Assembly (NCBI RefSeq): GCF_006345805.1
Contig: NC_042997.1
Location: 156,116,001-156,180,000, forward strand
Origin: Octopus sinensis
Taxonomy: Eukaryota
Direction: 5' to 3'
DNA length: 64,000 bases
Below are positions 62,985 through 64,000 of the stretch, piece after piece (the first letter of the stretch is position 1; every line of letters starts with the position of its first letter). The notes under the pieces are model-generated. The model had not been told where the DNA came from, made no database searches, and saw only the letters and a list, made by a program, of their open reading frames with translations. The position numbers were made by a program, and so were the translations under genes.

Positions 62985-62986
<2 letters not shown>
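61844..62986 (-). mobile_element. 5'-truncated L1/Tx1-clade LINE inserted in (GATA)n
   Basis: GC/CpG-rich ORF2 C-terminus with CCHC knuckle CPRCGQSDETVLHALVQCP, stop at 62241, and 3' UTR ending aataaagaaacat directly into (TCTA)n; (GATA)n on both sides. Confidence 0.88.
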
Positions 62987-63019
<33 letters not shown>

Positions 63020-63064
63020 GTAGATAGGTAGGTAGATAGATAGATAGATAGATAGATAGATGGG

Positions 63065-63142
<78 letters not shown>

Positions 63143-63311
63143 TACAACTAGCACCTTTCAGTTTCCACCTACCAAATCCACTCACAAGGCTTTGGTTGGC
63201 CTGTGGCTACAGTTAAAAACACTTGCTCAAGTTGCCACACAGTGGGACTGAACCTAGAGCCAAGTAGTTGGGAAACAACCTTCATACCACACAACCACAC
63301 CAGAACATAAA

Positions 63312-63351
<40 letters not shown>

Positions 63352-64000
63352 TGTGTGTGCTTGTGTGTGCATGTGTGCGCATGTGTGTGTGTCATGTCTG
63401 CACACACACACACACACACACAGATATGTGTGTGTGCATGTGTGCATGTGTGCTTGTGTGTGTTGAGTATTAACTCTCAGTGGCATGACAAAGTGTAAAA
63501 TTCTTAACTAACACATTGAGAATAACTAATATATAAATAAGGAGAGTGAGAATGGGGGAAAGAGAGAGAGAGAGAGAAAGAGAAAGAGAGTGAGAGTGAG
63601 AGAACGAACATGATTTCATTTTATATTTCTTATTGACATGCATTTAATATTTTCTCTCAAACGCAAAACAGTCTGGAAAATTCTCAGTTAACACAAAAAG
63701 GAAGATGATGTAATATTATATAAGTTCTCTGCTATTAAACTGAGAGAAAGTGTGTGGATAACAAAAAAGATTGAAATGAAAAGAGAAATAGATTGTGTGT
63801 TTGAAGGAATAAGAGGATTTGTCTTCTGATAGGATATAGTTTACTCTTGTAGCTGGTAATATTGAAAGTGTAACTGACTTAATACATTTCAGAAATAGCA
63901 CGAATAGGTAAATTACATGGAAGCATGGATACCTTAAGAAAATATATTACTAACTACAGGTGAAGTGTTACATAGAGTGAATTAATAATAAAACTTGGCA

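Overview
AT-rich, repeat-saturated eukaryotic DNA with no host protein-coding gene that I can support; it reads as intronic or intergenic sequence. The SINE families and dense (TA)n/(CA)n/(TCTA)n/(TAA)n/(GAT)n microsatellites resemble an Octopus (coleoid cephalopod) genome; this assignment is an inference. Content: decayed LINEs of four clades (RTE, CR1, R4/Dong, L1/Tx1), several tRNA-derived SINE families, a near-intact mariner nested in a hAT-type MITE, TTAA piggyBac-type MITEs and a Buster/Charlie hAT remnant. The strongest signal is a hidden ribozyme layer: about a dozen minimal type I hammerhead ribozyme (HHR) motifs from at least 6 sequence families. They include core variants (a G3-C8 swap, U4C, A6U) and sit in small Penelope/retrozyme-like elements, mostly in or beside (TA)n arrays, as tandem repeats or fold-back palindromes up to about 1.8 kb. 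A partial-tandem Penelope-like element (about 35.6-38.6 kb) carries a Ulp1/SUMO-protease-like (C48) domain between its N-terminus and its GIY-YIG endonuclease. A 2.8-kb inverted duplication lies at the right end of the window. All alignments and folds were done by eye, so boundaries are approximate.
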